Under the pieces are notes generated by a model. That model did no database searches and had not been told where the DNA came from. It worked only from the letters and a program-made list of their open reading frames with translations. A stretch of DNA of 64,000 nucleotides. Origin: Octopus vulgaris (Eukaryota). This document shows, piece by piece, positions 1 to 13,382 of this stretch. The DNA lies in the NCBI GenBank assembly GCA_951406725.2, contig OX597821.1:43400001-43464000 (forward strand), in the 5' to 3' direction. A program made the translations under genes and the position numbers. Position 1 is the stretch's first letter. Each line of letters begins with the position of its first letter.

Positions 1-325
1 CCTGACTTTTCAGGATTTTAATGTGCCCGAAAATATCCTAATATCTCCAAATTAACCTAGTTTAGTTAGCTCTTAGTTAATAAGTAAAATTAGGATTAAA
101 CATCTTATTAGAAACGGGTTGAACATGACGTAAATAAGATTATTAGCAATGTTGATGCTTTTTGGAAATGCCTGGGCTGATAATGGAATATGTTCCATAT
201 ATCTGACACATTCCATACCTAATAATTTGCTGATTCTACTTACAATGTGTATTTAGAGTTGTAACTTTTCAGTTTTGGAATTAAGGACGTCAACATTTAC
301 ACAAAAGGGATTCCATTTATTTCAC

Positions 326-365
<40 letters not shown>

Positions 366-3300
366 TACACACACACTTATACACAGTAGAATAAATGGAA
401 TTTTCCTTAGATATTCCAAGGGTTATATCTCCCTATAAGGATTTCAAAATCAACTTTCAGAGTAAGTTAATTTTAAGATATGCTGTATTTCAAACAAATA
501 CACATGCAAATTATTTACATTAGGTTTAAAGTAGTCATACTATAATTTTTTTCCCTTCATGGGTAGTGGTAAGAACTTCAGTATCTTTAATACACATCAC
601 ATTAAAATAATTACATATTTCATTAGATGGGTTTGATATGGTTATTAATAAATCATTACAAGTATTTAAAAATATCATCTGGTTTATAAGTTTCTTGAAA
701 GTAATTATCTTATTTTACATTTTCCCTTATTATATTTTATATATATATATAATTACAGCAATATAATTAATTATACAAGTCCACAAATGAACAACAAGGG
801 GGAGCAAACTCTTACCAGGCACCTCATGCTGAAACATTAAGAAATGTTGATGTATATATATATATAAAATGTTACTGTTAATTTAGATTATTTTCGACAA
901 GCAACAGTGGTTACAAGTTATAAAACATGAGAAGAATTGCAACTAACAGCTTGTGTTAATAATTCAAATTAAAATATTATGAAGTATTTTTAAAGAAAAG
1001 TTGAATTTCAAATTGACACTTGTCTTAGTAGAATTTTCTATCAGCATCTGTGGTGTGCATAATCTTTGATACATCATTAAAGATACAACTCCACTTTAAA
1101 TGGCATATATTTAACATGTAATTTTGGAAGAATACAAGTAGAATATTGCTAGTGTGATGGGTGATATATTTATTTGGAATTTGGCTAAAAGAAAAGTACT
1201 TCATCTTGTGAGATAACTGGATGAACTGCAGAGAAATATTGAGCTGTAAAAGATGTTATAAAAAGGTAAAGTTTTGTAATTGTTTTGATATAACAATAAT
1301 GAAGACTATATTGTTAAGATTTGATATTAAGGCTGTTTTTGTCAGCTCACTTGAAAGCTTATAAAGCATAAATTAACTTTATGTAAATGTTACAAATGGG
1401 TTTACTTTAGAAATTGGCATAGTTCATAAAACACACCACAGAGGCATAATTTATTTTAGGCCAAACAACTGCATAATAACCAGGGGTTTCTAGGGTTGTA
1501 ATTTTAGCAATAACAAAAATCTTTATATGGAGAAAAAAGTAGTACCAATTTTTAATTTATCATAATGAGTTAAGTTTAGGGTATTTTCTATACATTCTGG
1601 TGGTTTTTCAGATGTACTTATTGCATTTTATTTTTACTCAGATTTATAAAAAGATATCACATACAATACTCCATGTGTGTATGTGCTTTGTCCTGTAACT
1701 CCTTAAACTGTTGCAAGAGGGACAGGCTGCACCTAGGTCATGACTCATGGGTACCCCTTTGCTGTAACATTTTGCGCTGTTGAGAATCTGAAAACTGGTA
1801 TAACAAAACGCTGTTGTACAAATGTATCTAAGTGTGTGTGTTTATAAATATATATATATATATATATATTTATAAGATTATTTTTTGTATTATTGGTAAG
1901 TATACACCGTTTGCAGTATAACAGTATTTCAAGGATGCTATTGAAAGAATTCTTGCAGAATCTGATTCCTGTTTTGTATGGAAAACTCCAGAGATTTCTA
2001 CACTGTTGTATGTGTAAAATCTTGATGATAAGGATAACTATATGTGAATAGGTAGCAACTAAGGGGGTGAAATATTGATACTTTTAACAATCTAAGTGAA
2101 CAATTTTTTGTTTGTGAGAGATTGTTCTCTTTGTTGTTGTATAAGAATTATTTCTTGGATCATTTTGCATTAAATAGTAAGCTAATTGTAAACGTATTTA
2201 GTGAATGTGCTTGGAAAAATAGAATTTTTCTCGCTCATTTTAATGACTGAAGTGGAAATAACTCAAATCATTTTTCTCAGTACTTGTGGAATGTATCCAC
2301 ATAATTTATTTTCTGGATAATTATTATCATTTTATAACATTTTTCCATAAACTAACATTAAATGTAACAAAATGAATTTATTTTGTTACTATGAAATAGT
2401 TTAAAGGTAAATGATAGCGCAATTAACTCTAAATGATTAATGTGTTTTGATGAACATGTGGTGACTTATTGGGTAATAAATCTCATGTTTAGAGGATAAT
2501 TCTTTACGATTAAGTTTAAGGTATACATTTAGTGAGAAAAATGCTAGTTATGCATTAGTAAGTTGCAAAATTAGGCATTTGGGCTAAAATAATTACATTA
2601 TTTTAGCCAAATATGTGGATAATCCAACCAATGTTATTGTTGTTGATTGTGTATTGAAACTACCAAAATATATTAAAGATATAAATATTCCTTACTTGCT
2701 ATATCTTATACTTACCTTTAAGGTGTTATCCTACCCAGAAGCTGGTTTAGGAAGTTCAATGGATAATTTACAGCTTGTGCAACTCTGATGAGACAGAAGT
2801 GTCACTTCTTTTCTTTTTAAACTTTAAACAAATATTTGTAAAAGAGATATATTAAATTTTCAGCTTTTTACATTAGTCAGATGAAATAAAGAGAAATTAT
2901 TTTTTATGAAAGCAAGAATATTTAGTTAAGTGTCCTAGTTTCTGTGAATGTAGTTTGTCAATTTTTGTTTAGTTTGTTTATAAGCCATTAGACAAAATTT
3001 ATGAGATTATTCTTTCTGAATTTCCTTTTATGAAGTAAGCATCTCATTATTTGAAAATTTATATCATCATACATACTCATTAAAATTGAAAACAAAATTT
3101 CAAGCATTTTAGTTATTTAAATATTTTTCAGTTAAAATGGAAAAAAGCATATCTTCTTTAATATCATTATTGTAGCCAAATTTGTGAATCCGCCAACCAG
3201 TTATAGCGTTGTAGATAGTGGTTGAAATCTGGTTCTGGTTGAAAGAGTTGTGTTTTGAAATTATCAAAATATATTACAGAGATGTCGGTAGATATTTGTT

Positions 3301-3644
3301 ACTTGCTATATCTAATACAAAGAAATAACAAAAGATGGTATACACTTGTGTACATACAGTTGTGAAGTTTAAAAAGGAACAGAAAATGTCACTGATTTAT
3401 TAGAATATAAAAACTGACCTGTAAAATATTGTGATATTGTGCCAAGAATGGTAACAGTTTCAGGTCAGATAATGATGAAACAATAGTTTCAAAAATTGTA
3501 TTCTAATGCAAAGATATTACCTTTACTTCACTTCATTGTCAGCAGTTATGAAGCTGAGGATTGATGTTTGTAAAGATGAAAGTTGAGGCAAGTATCACTA
3601 TGGAATTTGGATAAATATGAGTGGGGTTTCATGTAGTTTGCTGA

Positions 3645-4425
3645 TGCAGATGTGGCCAAGTGGTTAAGAAGTTTACTTCCCAACCAAATGGTCCTATGTT
3701 CATTCTAGCTGCATGGGCAAATGTCTTCTATTATAGCCCTGAGCTGACCAAAGTCTTGTGAGATGAAAAGAGCCTGCTGTATGGCATCTAGTTAATACCA
3801 TTTCTATCTTCTTTCCAATTACTCCGACTCCTATATAATGCAAGGTAGCCTCCTCTATAGCAAGACATTTGGGCTTTAGCCTCTAAACATCTGGCACACA
3901 ACTACCTTCCCCATCTCAATATTCCTCCCTCTGAGTCAAGATTACATTCTCCTTTTTCCTGTTCTTGTCTTGCAAAGTTACCTGACTACCTCACAAGTAC
4001 TGGTAGTATGAAAAAAAGCATCCAATACACACTGTAAAGTGGTTGGTGTTTGGAAGGGCATCCAGTATGCCAAATCTGTTGTTGGATGTTGACATAGCCC
4101 AGCAGCTTGCTGGATCCTGTCAGACTGTTCAATCCATGCCAGCATGGAAAATGGACATTAAATGATGATTATGATATCATATATATGTGTGTTTGTATGT
4201 TTGTATCTCTATGTCTTGACATCAATTGATATTTGTAAATGAGTGTCACTGTTATACAAACAATCATTTGTTTCCAATATTCTGTGAATGTCTGGTTAAG
4301 GGGAAATATTACTTTACTTGGAAACAGGTGAGGATTGGTGATAGGAAAAATCTGTTATAGAAAATTCTACCTCAAATTCCATCTGACCCATGCAAGTATG
4401 AAAATGTAGATGTTAAATGATGATA
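3645..4425 (+). mobile_element. Cluster of decayed tRNA-derived SINE and RTE-tail repeats
   Basis: SINE head (gtggccaagtggttaagaagtttacttcccaacca) at about 3652. RTE-type 3' tails (catgccagcatggaaaatggacattaaatgatgat) end near 4170 and 4425. Confidence 0.7.
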
Positions 4426-6319
4426 GTTGAGAACTATATTCTTGTTAATCTACTTGGTAAATTGAGAACGGTGGTGGTGTATACAGATTTATTTATGAAA
4501 ATTAGCTAAAAGTGAAACTGTTTTATCAGGAATTTGAAGACTTTATATAGGTATTTCATTTTCAAGAGAGAACAGCTGAGGCCACTCTAAAACCCAATTC
4601 CTGAAGTTGGAAATATGCAAACTGAAAATCAAAAGCAATGAAAATAAATATGGTATTCAACAGATAATGGAATAGCCAGTAGGTGCAATGGAATCTTAAG
4701 TGGAGTGACACTGTAGCAACAATTCTGTTGTGTTCAGTGCATGTATTCTAATAAACTGTACAAATAGTTTCGTTTCAAACACCATACTTGATACCAATAT
4801 GGTGATTGATTGTAACAAGTATGTAGTTTTTCATTTGTTTTTTTGTCCATTTTCTACCCTTGTATGATTTAGGTGACTATTGAGGCTTTGCTTCACAGCT
4901 GGATGCTCTTAATGTCTCTAATCCTTATTTTTTTTTCAACTTAGGGATCTCATGTTCCACACATTTCCTGTAGACCTTTCTTCAACTATTGATCTTCATA
5001 GATTAAATGTGGACAACCATCTCAATTATTTTCATTTCTACTCAAATATCTTACAAATGATAAGTGACCGAAAATTTTATCAAGTCTTGAGAGTTAACTG
5101 TTTTTTTTATATTAAAAATGTTAACTTTGGATTTACATATAAGTTTAGGTTAGCTTTTGTTAAAATCTGTAACTTAGTAAATAACTTAAGCAAACATTGA
5201 AATTAGTTTTTTAAATGTTTACATAGAATTTCCATATTGGGTCAGAATACCAACTGTGATCATTACTATTTCCTTTTTGAATTCATTATCTAATTTATTC
5301 ACCCATTTTAAAATTGAAATGATTTAGCTGCTATTTCTTGCAGGTTGATTTCTTTCGTTGGCTGCAATTGCTGTATAAATTTGGGTTTAAGTGACAGTTC
5401 TGAGAGATAACGTGTCATTTACTGTAGCAAAAAAATTTTTAAATATGTCTTTATCATTTTTCAGTATTTTCTTTGTTAATGTTTAGGAAATTGGAAATAA
5501 CTATAAGCAGCTGAAAAAGAATCTAAATTTAAAAATTTCAAATTTTTAAAATGTTTATATGGATAAATGGACATGTTTGTAATAGACAAAAGTTGTTGAA
5601 ACTTTCAAAGTTCAGGATATCACTGCTTTATTCTTGTTTTAAACATATCTTTTTCATTCTCAATTTAAATAATCTGGATTTGCATGCAATAACAGGATAG
5701 AATTTTATTAAATGTTTTAGAAAAAAAAAATTGGAAATAAACATAATTCATGTAAATTTTATTAGGATTTATTAAAATTCATTCTTTGATCACATCACTT
5801 CACAGAGTACTTATCAAGAAGAAACTTAACCTAAACTTCAGCACTAATGTGACCTTCATATCCAAGTGATCTTGATGTTATCTTGTGATAGATTTGTGTG
5901 ATAGATACTTTTATTTTTCTAAGCTATCTTTCCTCAACATATATTGAATGTTGGATGATTGTTCAATGCTTAAATCCTGTGATTTAGTATTGTTTTAAAT
6001 ATTATATAACCTGGGGTGTTTTAACAGATTATACAGTTTGCTGTTGGTTAACTGCACTTGTAACTTATCACATTTTAAAAATAAAACAACTGTCAACACT
6101 AGGTGGGATTTACTTTTGAACAACTTACACTGTACAGCAGTGATAGCAATATTTGTTCAGCCAGTATGATATGGATGTGTGAGATGATTTTATATATAAT
6201 AAAAAAAGTAATTCATTATATATTCTATTTCATATTCTTAAAAATGAATATAGGAAATAACTCTTATATTTTAACACTTTCCATATGGGTAATAGGAGAT
6301 AGAATGAATTAGTTTTTAT

Positions 6320-6355
6320 GTCTGTTCTTGTGTGTATCATCATTTTCAGGTATGT
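6320..6355 (+). promoter_or_regulatory. Candidate recursive splice site (pyrimidine tract-CAG|GTATGT)
   Basis: tctgttcttgtgtgtatcatcattttcag is followed immediately by the donor-like gtatgt; junction at 6349/6350. Confidence 0.3.
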
Positions 6356-6365
6356 TCGGAGTGTG

Positions 6366-7310
6366 GCATAGGCATTGGTGTAGCTGTGTGGTTGAGAAGT
6401 TTGCTTCCCAACCATACAGTTTTGGGGTCAGTCTTATTGCATTGCACCTTGGGTAAGTGTCATCTACAATATGTTTCCTTCAGTTTCTGTCTCTCAAATC
6501 TAATAAGGGTCTGGTTAACCTGGAGCCAAAGTAGAAGATACTTGCCCAGGGTGCTGTGCAATGGAATTGAACCCAAGACCACATGCTTGAGTATAAGATT
6601 CTTAACTACACAGCCATGTCAGCACCTCCATACATACGTATGTACGTGTGTGTGTGTGTTTATGTATATTTGTATCGCCTTGTCTTGATATGAGATTGTT
6701 GTAAATGAATGTTATTCATTTCCAGTATTCTACAAAAACATGTCTGGCTATGGAGAAATATTATCTTGCTTAGAAATGAGTAGGGGTTGGTAACAAGAAG
6801 AGCTTTAGTAAACCTGACCCATGCAAGCATGGAAAAGGGGATACTTAAATGATGATATATATAATGATCATTGTTTTAATATCTACTTTTCCATGCTTGC
6901 ATGAGTCAAAGTTCATTGAAGCAAATTTTTTACTGTCAGATCCTCTTTAAATTATCAATCCTCACCTGATTCCAAAGCAAGGTAATGTTTCCCTTAGTCT
7001 TTTAAATACAATCTGATCAATGGTTGGAGATGTTTTCACGGAAGATTGCAAACCACGACATTTTTTTGTGTGGATAATAACTTTGTTTACTATCAGCATG
7101 CAATATCAACCCATCTGCCCCACATTCATACACATATATGCATGCACATACTCACATATTCACACATACAGTTTCTGTGTACCAAATTCACTCATGAGGG
7201 CAGAACTATAGTAGAAGTCACTTGCTCAAAGTAGCATGCAATAGGAATGAACCTGAAACCATGTTGCTGATTGAACTTCTTAATCTCACAGCTGTGCCTG
7301 CATGGTTTTA
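6366..7310. mobile_element. Nested, oppositely oriented SINE copies
   Basis: A + strand SINE head (6366-6470) is interrupted by a - strand copy (about 6475-6630). A + strand tail runs to about 6855, followed by a - strand copy at about 6865-7310. Confidence 0.65.
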
Positions 7311-7356
7311 TATATATGAGAGAATAATTGAAATAAACAGATAAAGATCTTGGGTT

Positions 7357-7840
7357 TAAATGTACAAAATATATATACATGTATAATGTATACATGTAAA
7401 AAGAGAACGCAGACTTAAAATTTTCAGAGGATTAACAATCAAGTGTATATATATATATATATATTTTAATGGAGCAAACTTATTCAGATTACAGAAACTC
7501 AAAGTATTAGAGAGGAGAGGGCATTAGACTCTTATTTATCCACCCTGATGAAAGCGGTTCTGGATTTTATCAATGTTTGTTTGCTTCCACTGCTGGCTGC
7601 AAATTTTTGATGAACGACTTCTGCCAACATTATGATGTAACTCCGAGCCCTCAGAAACAGCTGTTGGACTTGTAACATCTTCTTCCCTCTAATCCTTTGA
7701 GTTTATGTAATGTGAGTAAGTTTGTGCCATTAAAAAATGAATATATATTTATACTTGATAAATTGTCTGAAAATTTTAAGTCTGTCTTCTCTTTACATGT
7801 ATATATATTTTGTACATTTATTTGAATTCTTGTCTCCATA
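7357..7840 (+). mobile_element. Foldback element, probable Penelope-like pseudo-LTR remnant
   Basis: Imperfect inverted arms at about 7357-7518 and 7680-7820. The spacer contains CTGATGA (7545-7551) and GAAACAGCTGTT (7654-7665). Confidence 0.6.
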
Positions 7841-8758
7841 TCTGCTCACTTAGATTACCATTATAGCCACTCTTTATCCTACTGACTTGGTCTTCAGTAA
7901 AGATATCAGTGTAAGTTACAATTATTTGAGTGTTTCTGTTTTCTATAATGAGATTCTCTTGATTTCATCTGTTGACTCTCTGTCTGTCAATCTCTCAGGG
8001 GTGACTCCGTGTCATCAGCATTACTTGGGCTCATCACAAATGTCGCATAAAACACATGCCTACTTGAAGAATTTCATGTTTTTTTCCACTTTATTTCTAG
8101 CCCCAAATGGCTTATTTTTTTATATCTAGTACTGTCTTTCTCCATTTCTAAGTTAAAGGTAAAAGTAAAGCAATCTTGAAAAACACAACTTATCTTTACA
8201 CACAGAATAACAGCAATCAAATAACAACGGCAGTGTGTGCAACAAACATCAGTGATCTGACTGTCACCTGTACTCTTTACAAGAGATGCCAGTTAGTTTT
8301 TTACACCTACCAGGCTCATTCGTATTAGCCCAAGATGCTGAATAATTTTTTGTTCTTTTAAATATATTGTAGAAAGGAAACTTTTCATAGATTGGAATTT
8401 AAATCCTAATCTCTTTCAAGAATACATTGAATTTGAATTACTTTTAATTTTTATGATTATAGATAACACCTTGGGCTGTAACTTTTGAGCCTGAGTCAAG
8501 CATGTGGGAACGATGTCGAGAGAACTTCTGCTACGAATTATATTTTTTGACATAGGGCACCCCTAAGATGAGCGCCAGACGCTAAACGAAAATAAGTGAA
8601 CTTTGACTCGGCTCAATAAAAGGAGCTTGAGTTATTGGCTGCAATTACATACTTGAAGTCAGTGTTGGCAGAAATTAAATCAGCTTGAGAATACACATTC
8701 ACTTTACTAAATGTTTGGTCTAAGTCCAAACAGCCTGAGTGCTGGAGATATATATATA

Positions 8759-9989
8759 TCAGGTCATCCCATAAGTTCTGTCTGATTTTACCTTTTTTAA
8801 AATTGGATGAAATTTAATAGTATTTTAGAATGTCTAATAGAATTAAAAATTTGTGTACATTTAAACTAATTTAATATTATATTACAGAATAATAGAATTA
8901 AAATTTCTTTGATTAAAACCCTTTCTAACATGGAAGTATCCAAAGAGCATTTGAGGCACATAATGCTTTATGAGTACAAAAAAGGAAACTCTGCAGCTGA
9001 AGTGTCTCGAAACATATGCTCAGTTTATGGGAAAGAATGCTTGAATGAAAGAACTTGCAGAAGATGGTTTGCAAAATTCAGAAGTGAAGATTTCAGCCTT
9101 GAAAATAGAGATCGAACAGGATGTCCATTTGAGTTTTGATGATAAGCTCCTTGAGGCATTACTTGAAGAAAAATCCTGCATTATCAGTTGAAGAATTGGC
9201 AATAAAGCTTAGTTCTAACCATACAACTGTTCATTGTCATCTTCAACAACTTGTGAAGGTTCCTAAACTTGGAAAATGGGTGCCTTTTGAATTGTCCAAA
9301 AGCAACCGCAAATCCTGAGTTGACATCTGCTCTTCTCTCCATTCTCATGAATTCATTTCACCCTTTTTGGATAGACTTGTGACTGGTGACGTAAATGGAT
9401 CTTCTATAGAAATGTTAAATGTTGTAAACAGTGGTTTGGTAAAATGGAAAAAGTTCAACCACAACCGAGAAGGGAACTTCATGGGAAAAAGGTTCTTCTC
9501 TCTATCTAGTGGGATTGCAAAGGAGTAATTCACTTTGAATTGTTACCACCTAATGCAATAATTAATGCTCGAGTCTACTGTCAGCAATTAGAGCATTTGA
9601 ACCAAGCTTTGAAGAAAAAAAGACCCACTTTAGTGAATCAAAAAGGAGTGATGTTTCATCAGGACAATGCGTGACCCTGGAAAAAATTCATCATCCACCT
9701 TATTCTCCCAACCTTGCTCCTTCAGATTACCATTTGTTTTGTAGTTTACAGAATCATTTGGGGGACATATCTTTCGTAAGCCAGGAGGAGGTTGAAACTG
9801 ACATTTCAGAGTTCTTTGCTTTGAAACCAAGAGTTTTACATTGATGAGATTAAAAAGCTTGTAAATAGATGGAAGGAAATCATAGATAATCAGGAAAAGT
9901 ACATTGATGATTAAATTTCAATTAAATATAACATTTGATCACTTGTTTTCTTTATTCAAAATTGGGACAGAACTTATGGGATGACCTGA
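8759..9989 (+). mobile_element. Mariner (DD34D-type) DNA transposon, decayed near-full-length copy
   Basis: TIRs tcaggtcatcccataagttctgtc / gacagaacttatgggatgacctga, with TA on both sides and a transposase remnant inside. Confidence 0.95.
8930..9914 (+). pseudogene. Mariner transposase pseudogene
   Basis: MEVSKEHLRHIMLYEYKKG N-terminus, WVPFEL, VTGD, HQDNA and PPYSPNLAPSDY motifs. Broken by frameshifts, stops and an internal deletion after HQDNA. Confidence 0.93.
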
Positions 9990-10864
9990 TAGTTCAAATT
10001 TACTGGAAACAAAAGATGCGGACATGTGAAAGAACAAGTAGCAGGTGTGTTAGTTTAATGCTTGGGAAGAATATATCACCTAGCATGCATCCACCCCATC
10101 TCTCTGCTCCATTTAGTCAAAGTGTCTTTTTCTGCCTTCTAAGTTACATGGTGACTTCACTAGTGCTGGTATGATGGGGGAAAAAAAGGCACCCAGTACA
10201 CTCTGTAAAGAGGTTGGTGTTAGGAAGGGTATCCAACTGTAAAAAACATCCCAAAGCAGACATTGGAGCTTATTGGATCTTATTAAACTATCCAGTCCAT
10301 GCCAGCATGTTAAATGATGATCATATAAAATTTTGTGGCACAAAAATATGTGCTCAATAATCTTTATGGTGGGAGCATGTGTAGTCTTGATATATGTGTG
10401 TATATGTTAATTTATGTGAACTACACAGATGACATACCTTTGAACTACAGTTATCCTCAAGCAACAGTACATGTGAGTGAACTGGTAAGTAACAGAATGA
10501 CTTTAGATGTTCTTTGTAATGTAAGTTCTATAGGAAGAATTAGGATATTTGCTAGTGGATGAAAATTAGTTCATTCTTTTTATTTATGACTGAAAGATAA
10601 TGTGTGATATCAGAGGCAGAGGTTACAACATTTTGTTCTGTTCTTAAATCCCTGTTCCTTACCTAGCATTAGATGCTGATGGTCTCCCATTTGTCTCTTG
10701 ATTTCCAAATCTACTTTGAAAGTGTTGTTTTTCCAGCTAGTAATGGCAGAATAAGCTTTTGTGTTATTGCATAGGACTCTTGACGGAGTGTTCTGAAGTC
10801 TCTTATATTACTTGCTAGTGAAACCATCAATCCACAATAAAATACTTTAGGTAATTGCTCTTTA

Positions 10865-11290
10865 ATGCAGCAAAGATCTTGCTTTCACAAATGTAGAGCA
10901 AAGGAATCCATTATTGAAACGGATCTTTGTCTCCTTCAGAGTAAATTCCTAGAGAAAAATATTGTGTATTGTCTATGTAGGGTTCACAGTGTACTTTTCA
11001 AAAAATTTGCTTGGACCAGCACAGCAGCTCATTTTGTCATTGCCATCTTGAAAAAACCATAGTACTTCCAAAGCTCATTGGGAAATTGAAATAAAGATGA
11101 TACAACCAATATTTGATGGGCTGTCTTTAGATAAGGTACAGGCATTTAAGAATAAATCAAAGTGCTGCTATTTTTGTCTCACAAAGAAATTATGTATCAT
11201 TCACCATTTTGCTATTGTCTTAAACAAAAACAGGGAACTGATTTTGACGTGTTAATACCCAAATTCCTTGAGAATTTGAAAACTGACTAA
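10865..11290 (+). pseudogene. Decayed GIY-YIG endonuclease C-terminal region of a Penelope-like element
   Basis: CRAK...CLL..KFLEKNIVYCLCRV resembles the CNCR..CPL.G.CL...IVY motif. Downstream frameshifted pieces resemble ST.LSK.IW.LK, SK.C..CL..K..I and LNK..EL...C. Confidence 0.6.
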
Positions 11291-11791
11291 ATCCCCTTTG
11301 ATGCATGACAAATGAAATCTAATTGTCTGAGTCATGTTTGACTTAAAGACTGACAAAATCTAACTGCCTTTTGGGGTTATGTAATTCCTGTCTATTTTAG
11401 AGAAAGTAAAATAAGTGTGTGTGCGTGTGTTTACCTTTCTGTGTTGATAGGCCATCATAGTCTGAATTTTTATTGGGAGTTACTGCCTTCCTAGATGAGC
11501 TTCTGTACAGTTTCCATTTATCAAATTTCAGTAATTTAAAAAAATTTCTATCTGAAGTATAGTAGAAGACAGTGTTGTTTAATGTGCCATGCACAGTGAT
11601 TGAACCTGTAACCAATGTGTTTAATATTGTTGTTGTCAGTGATTCTTTTTATTTCATTGGACATCACTAGCCAGAAGCACAAGAGCTACAGGAAATATTG
11701 TTCATGGGGTGGGATGTCTGTGACCACTTTGTTTTGGTCAATGTTATGCAGTGTTATGCAGAATGTAAACATGAGTAGACATGCATGCATA

Positions 11792-12648
11792 TGTGGACTG
11801 ATCAATAAGTATCTGGACTGTTGTCATAGTAATGAAGCCGCTTGGCACAGATTGATTTTGATCTCTGCTGTGCATGCACACTAAGTTTTACTGTTCTAGC
11901 TCACTTCCATTGTTTACAGCAGTGCTTGGAAGGAAGGTGTGTAGTTTATGATTGTCACATTGACCTTGACTAACAAAGTTGAGCAGAGAATCTGCATCAA
12001 ATTTTGCCAAAAGCTTGGTGATACCTGCTGAGAGGCCTACACAAAGTTTTCATTGTTCTTGACACAGTCAAGGAGATCTTGTGCAACTGAAACCCAAGTG
12101 TTTTTTTGGTCAGCTGAAAGTAGTTTTGACACAAACTTGGCAGACATGCATCTCGTACCCGAATTTTCAGTGATAATCGACTGAACTGAACCATAACTAA
12201 TCTCTTTATCCCCTGATAACTCATGGATGGTGATTCGACGATTTTATCTGTACACACATTTATGATGTTTTACTCGGTTCTACTGGTTGCGGGTCTCCCA
12301 GAACGTTTGTCACTATCAACATTTTTTTGGCCATCTTAGAAATGTCTGAACCACTTGTATACTTGTGTGCGGCTCATGCACTCCTCTCCGTACACTTTCT
12401 GCAACTTTGCTTAGGCCTCTGAGCAGATATCGCCATGACAACTTTCTCTGTCATGGTCAATGCAATGATTACACACTACACACCTTCCTTTGAAGCACAG
12501 CTGTAAACAGCATAAGTGAGCTAGAACACTAAAACTTAATGTGCATGCACAGCAGAGTTCAAGGTCAATCTATGCCAAGCGGCTTCACTCTGCATGCTTT
12601 AGCTTTGTTACTATGGCAACAGTCCGAATACTTATTGATCACACCTCA
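11792..12648. mobile_element. Non-autonomous mariner derivative made of two inverted 5' ends
   Basis: TA-flanked termini tgtggactgatcaataagtat / atacttattgatcacacctca and about 250 bp inverted arms. Both arms carry the transposase start; the left reads KVEQRICIKFCQKLGDTC. Confidence 0.88.
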
Positions 12649-12681
12649 TATATATATATATATATATAAATATATATATAT

Positions 12682-12855
12682 AGCTTAGTTTTTCCTTGGG
12701 GCTGGCCAGATCGGAGCAATCTCAAGATTAATCAGCCGAAATTGCGAGGATGATTCAGTTTTTGACTGAAGATTAGAGGCTTCAAATGACCCATCCGTGT
12801 TTTTTGTATCGTCTATTTGAATGTTTTGCATTCTTGTCCCATTTTGTATTTTTAT
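12682..12855. repeat. Short insert between (TA)n tracts, possible Penelope-like terminus
   Basis: About 170 bp CpG-containing segment bounded by TA microsatellites. It contains CTGAAGA but no intact GAAAC partner. Confidence 0.3.
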
Positions 12856-13060
12856 ATATATATAGATACACATGCACACACAAGTACACATTGGGCTTCC
12901 ATACACTTTCTCTCAACCAGTTTCACTCACAAGGCATTGGTTGGCCCAAGGCTATAGCAGAAAACATTTGTTCAAGGTGTCACACAGTGGGATAGACCCA
13001 AAACCTCATAATTATGAAGTGAGCTCCATATATATATAAAATGTGTTTGTGTGTGTGTAT

Positions 13061-13376
13061 GAAGGCACATGACTCAGTGGTTAGAGTGTTGGACTCACAA
13101 TCATGAGATAGTGAATTCAATCCCTGACCAGGCTGAGTTGTGTTCTTGAGTGAGACATTTTATTTCACGTTACTCCAGTTCACTCAGCTGTAGAAATGAG
13201 TTGTGACATCATTGGTGCCAAGCTGTATCACCCTTTGCCTTTCCCTTGGATAACATCGGGGCATGGAGAGGAGAGGCTGGTATCCATGGGCAACTGCTGG
13301 TCTTGTAAAAACAACCTTACCCAGACTTGTGCAATCCCATGGCCATTCATCACCGAAGAGCATCTTTACCCTTTGA
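13061..13376 (+). mobile_element. tRNA-derived SINE with CORE-like domain
   Basis: A-box/B-box-like head (tgactcagtggttagag...gaattcaatccc) followed by gtgttcttgagtgagacattttatttcac. Homologous to 28699-29038. Confidence 0.85.
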
Positions 13377-13382
13377 TATATA

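Noticed and set aside
8465-8645. Hammerhead motif near ctaagatgagcg..cgc..cgaaa
   Set aside because: The core is not CUGANGA and there is no stem III or UH site. At most a degenerate repeat remnant.
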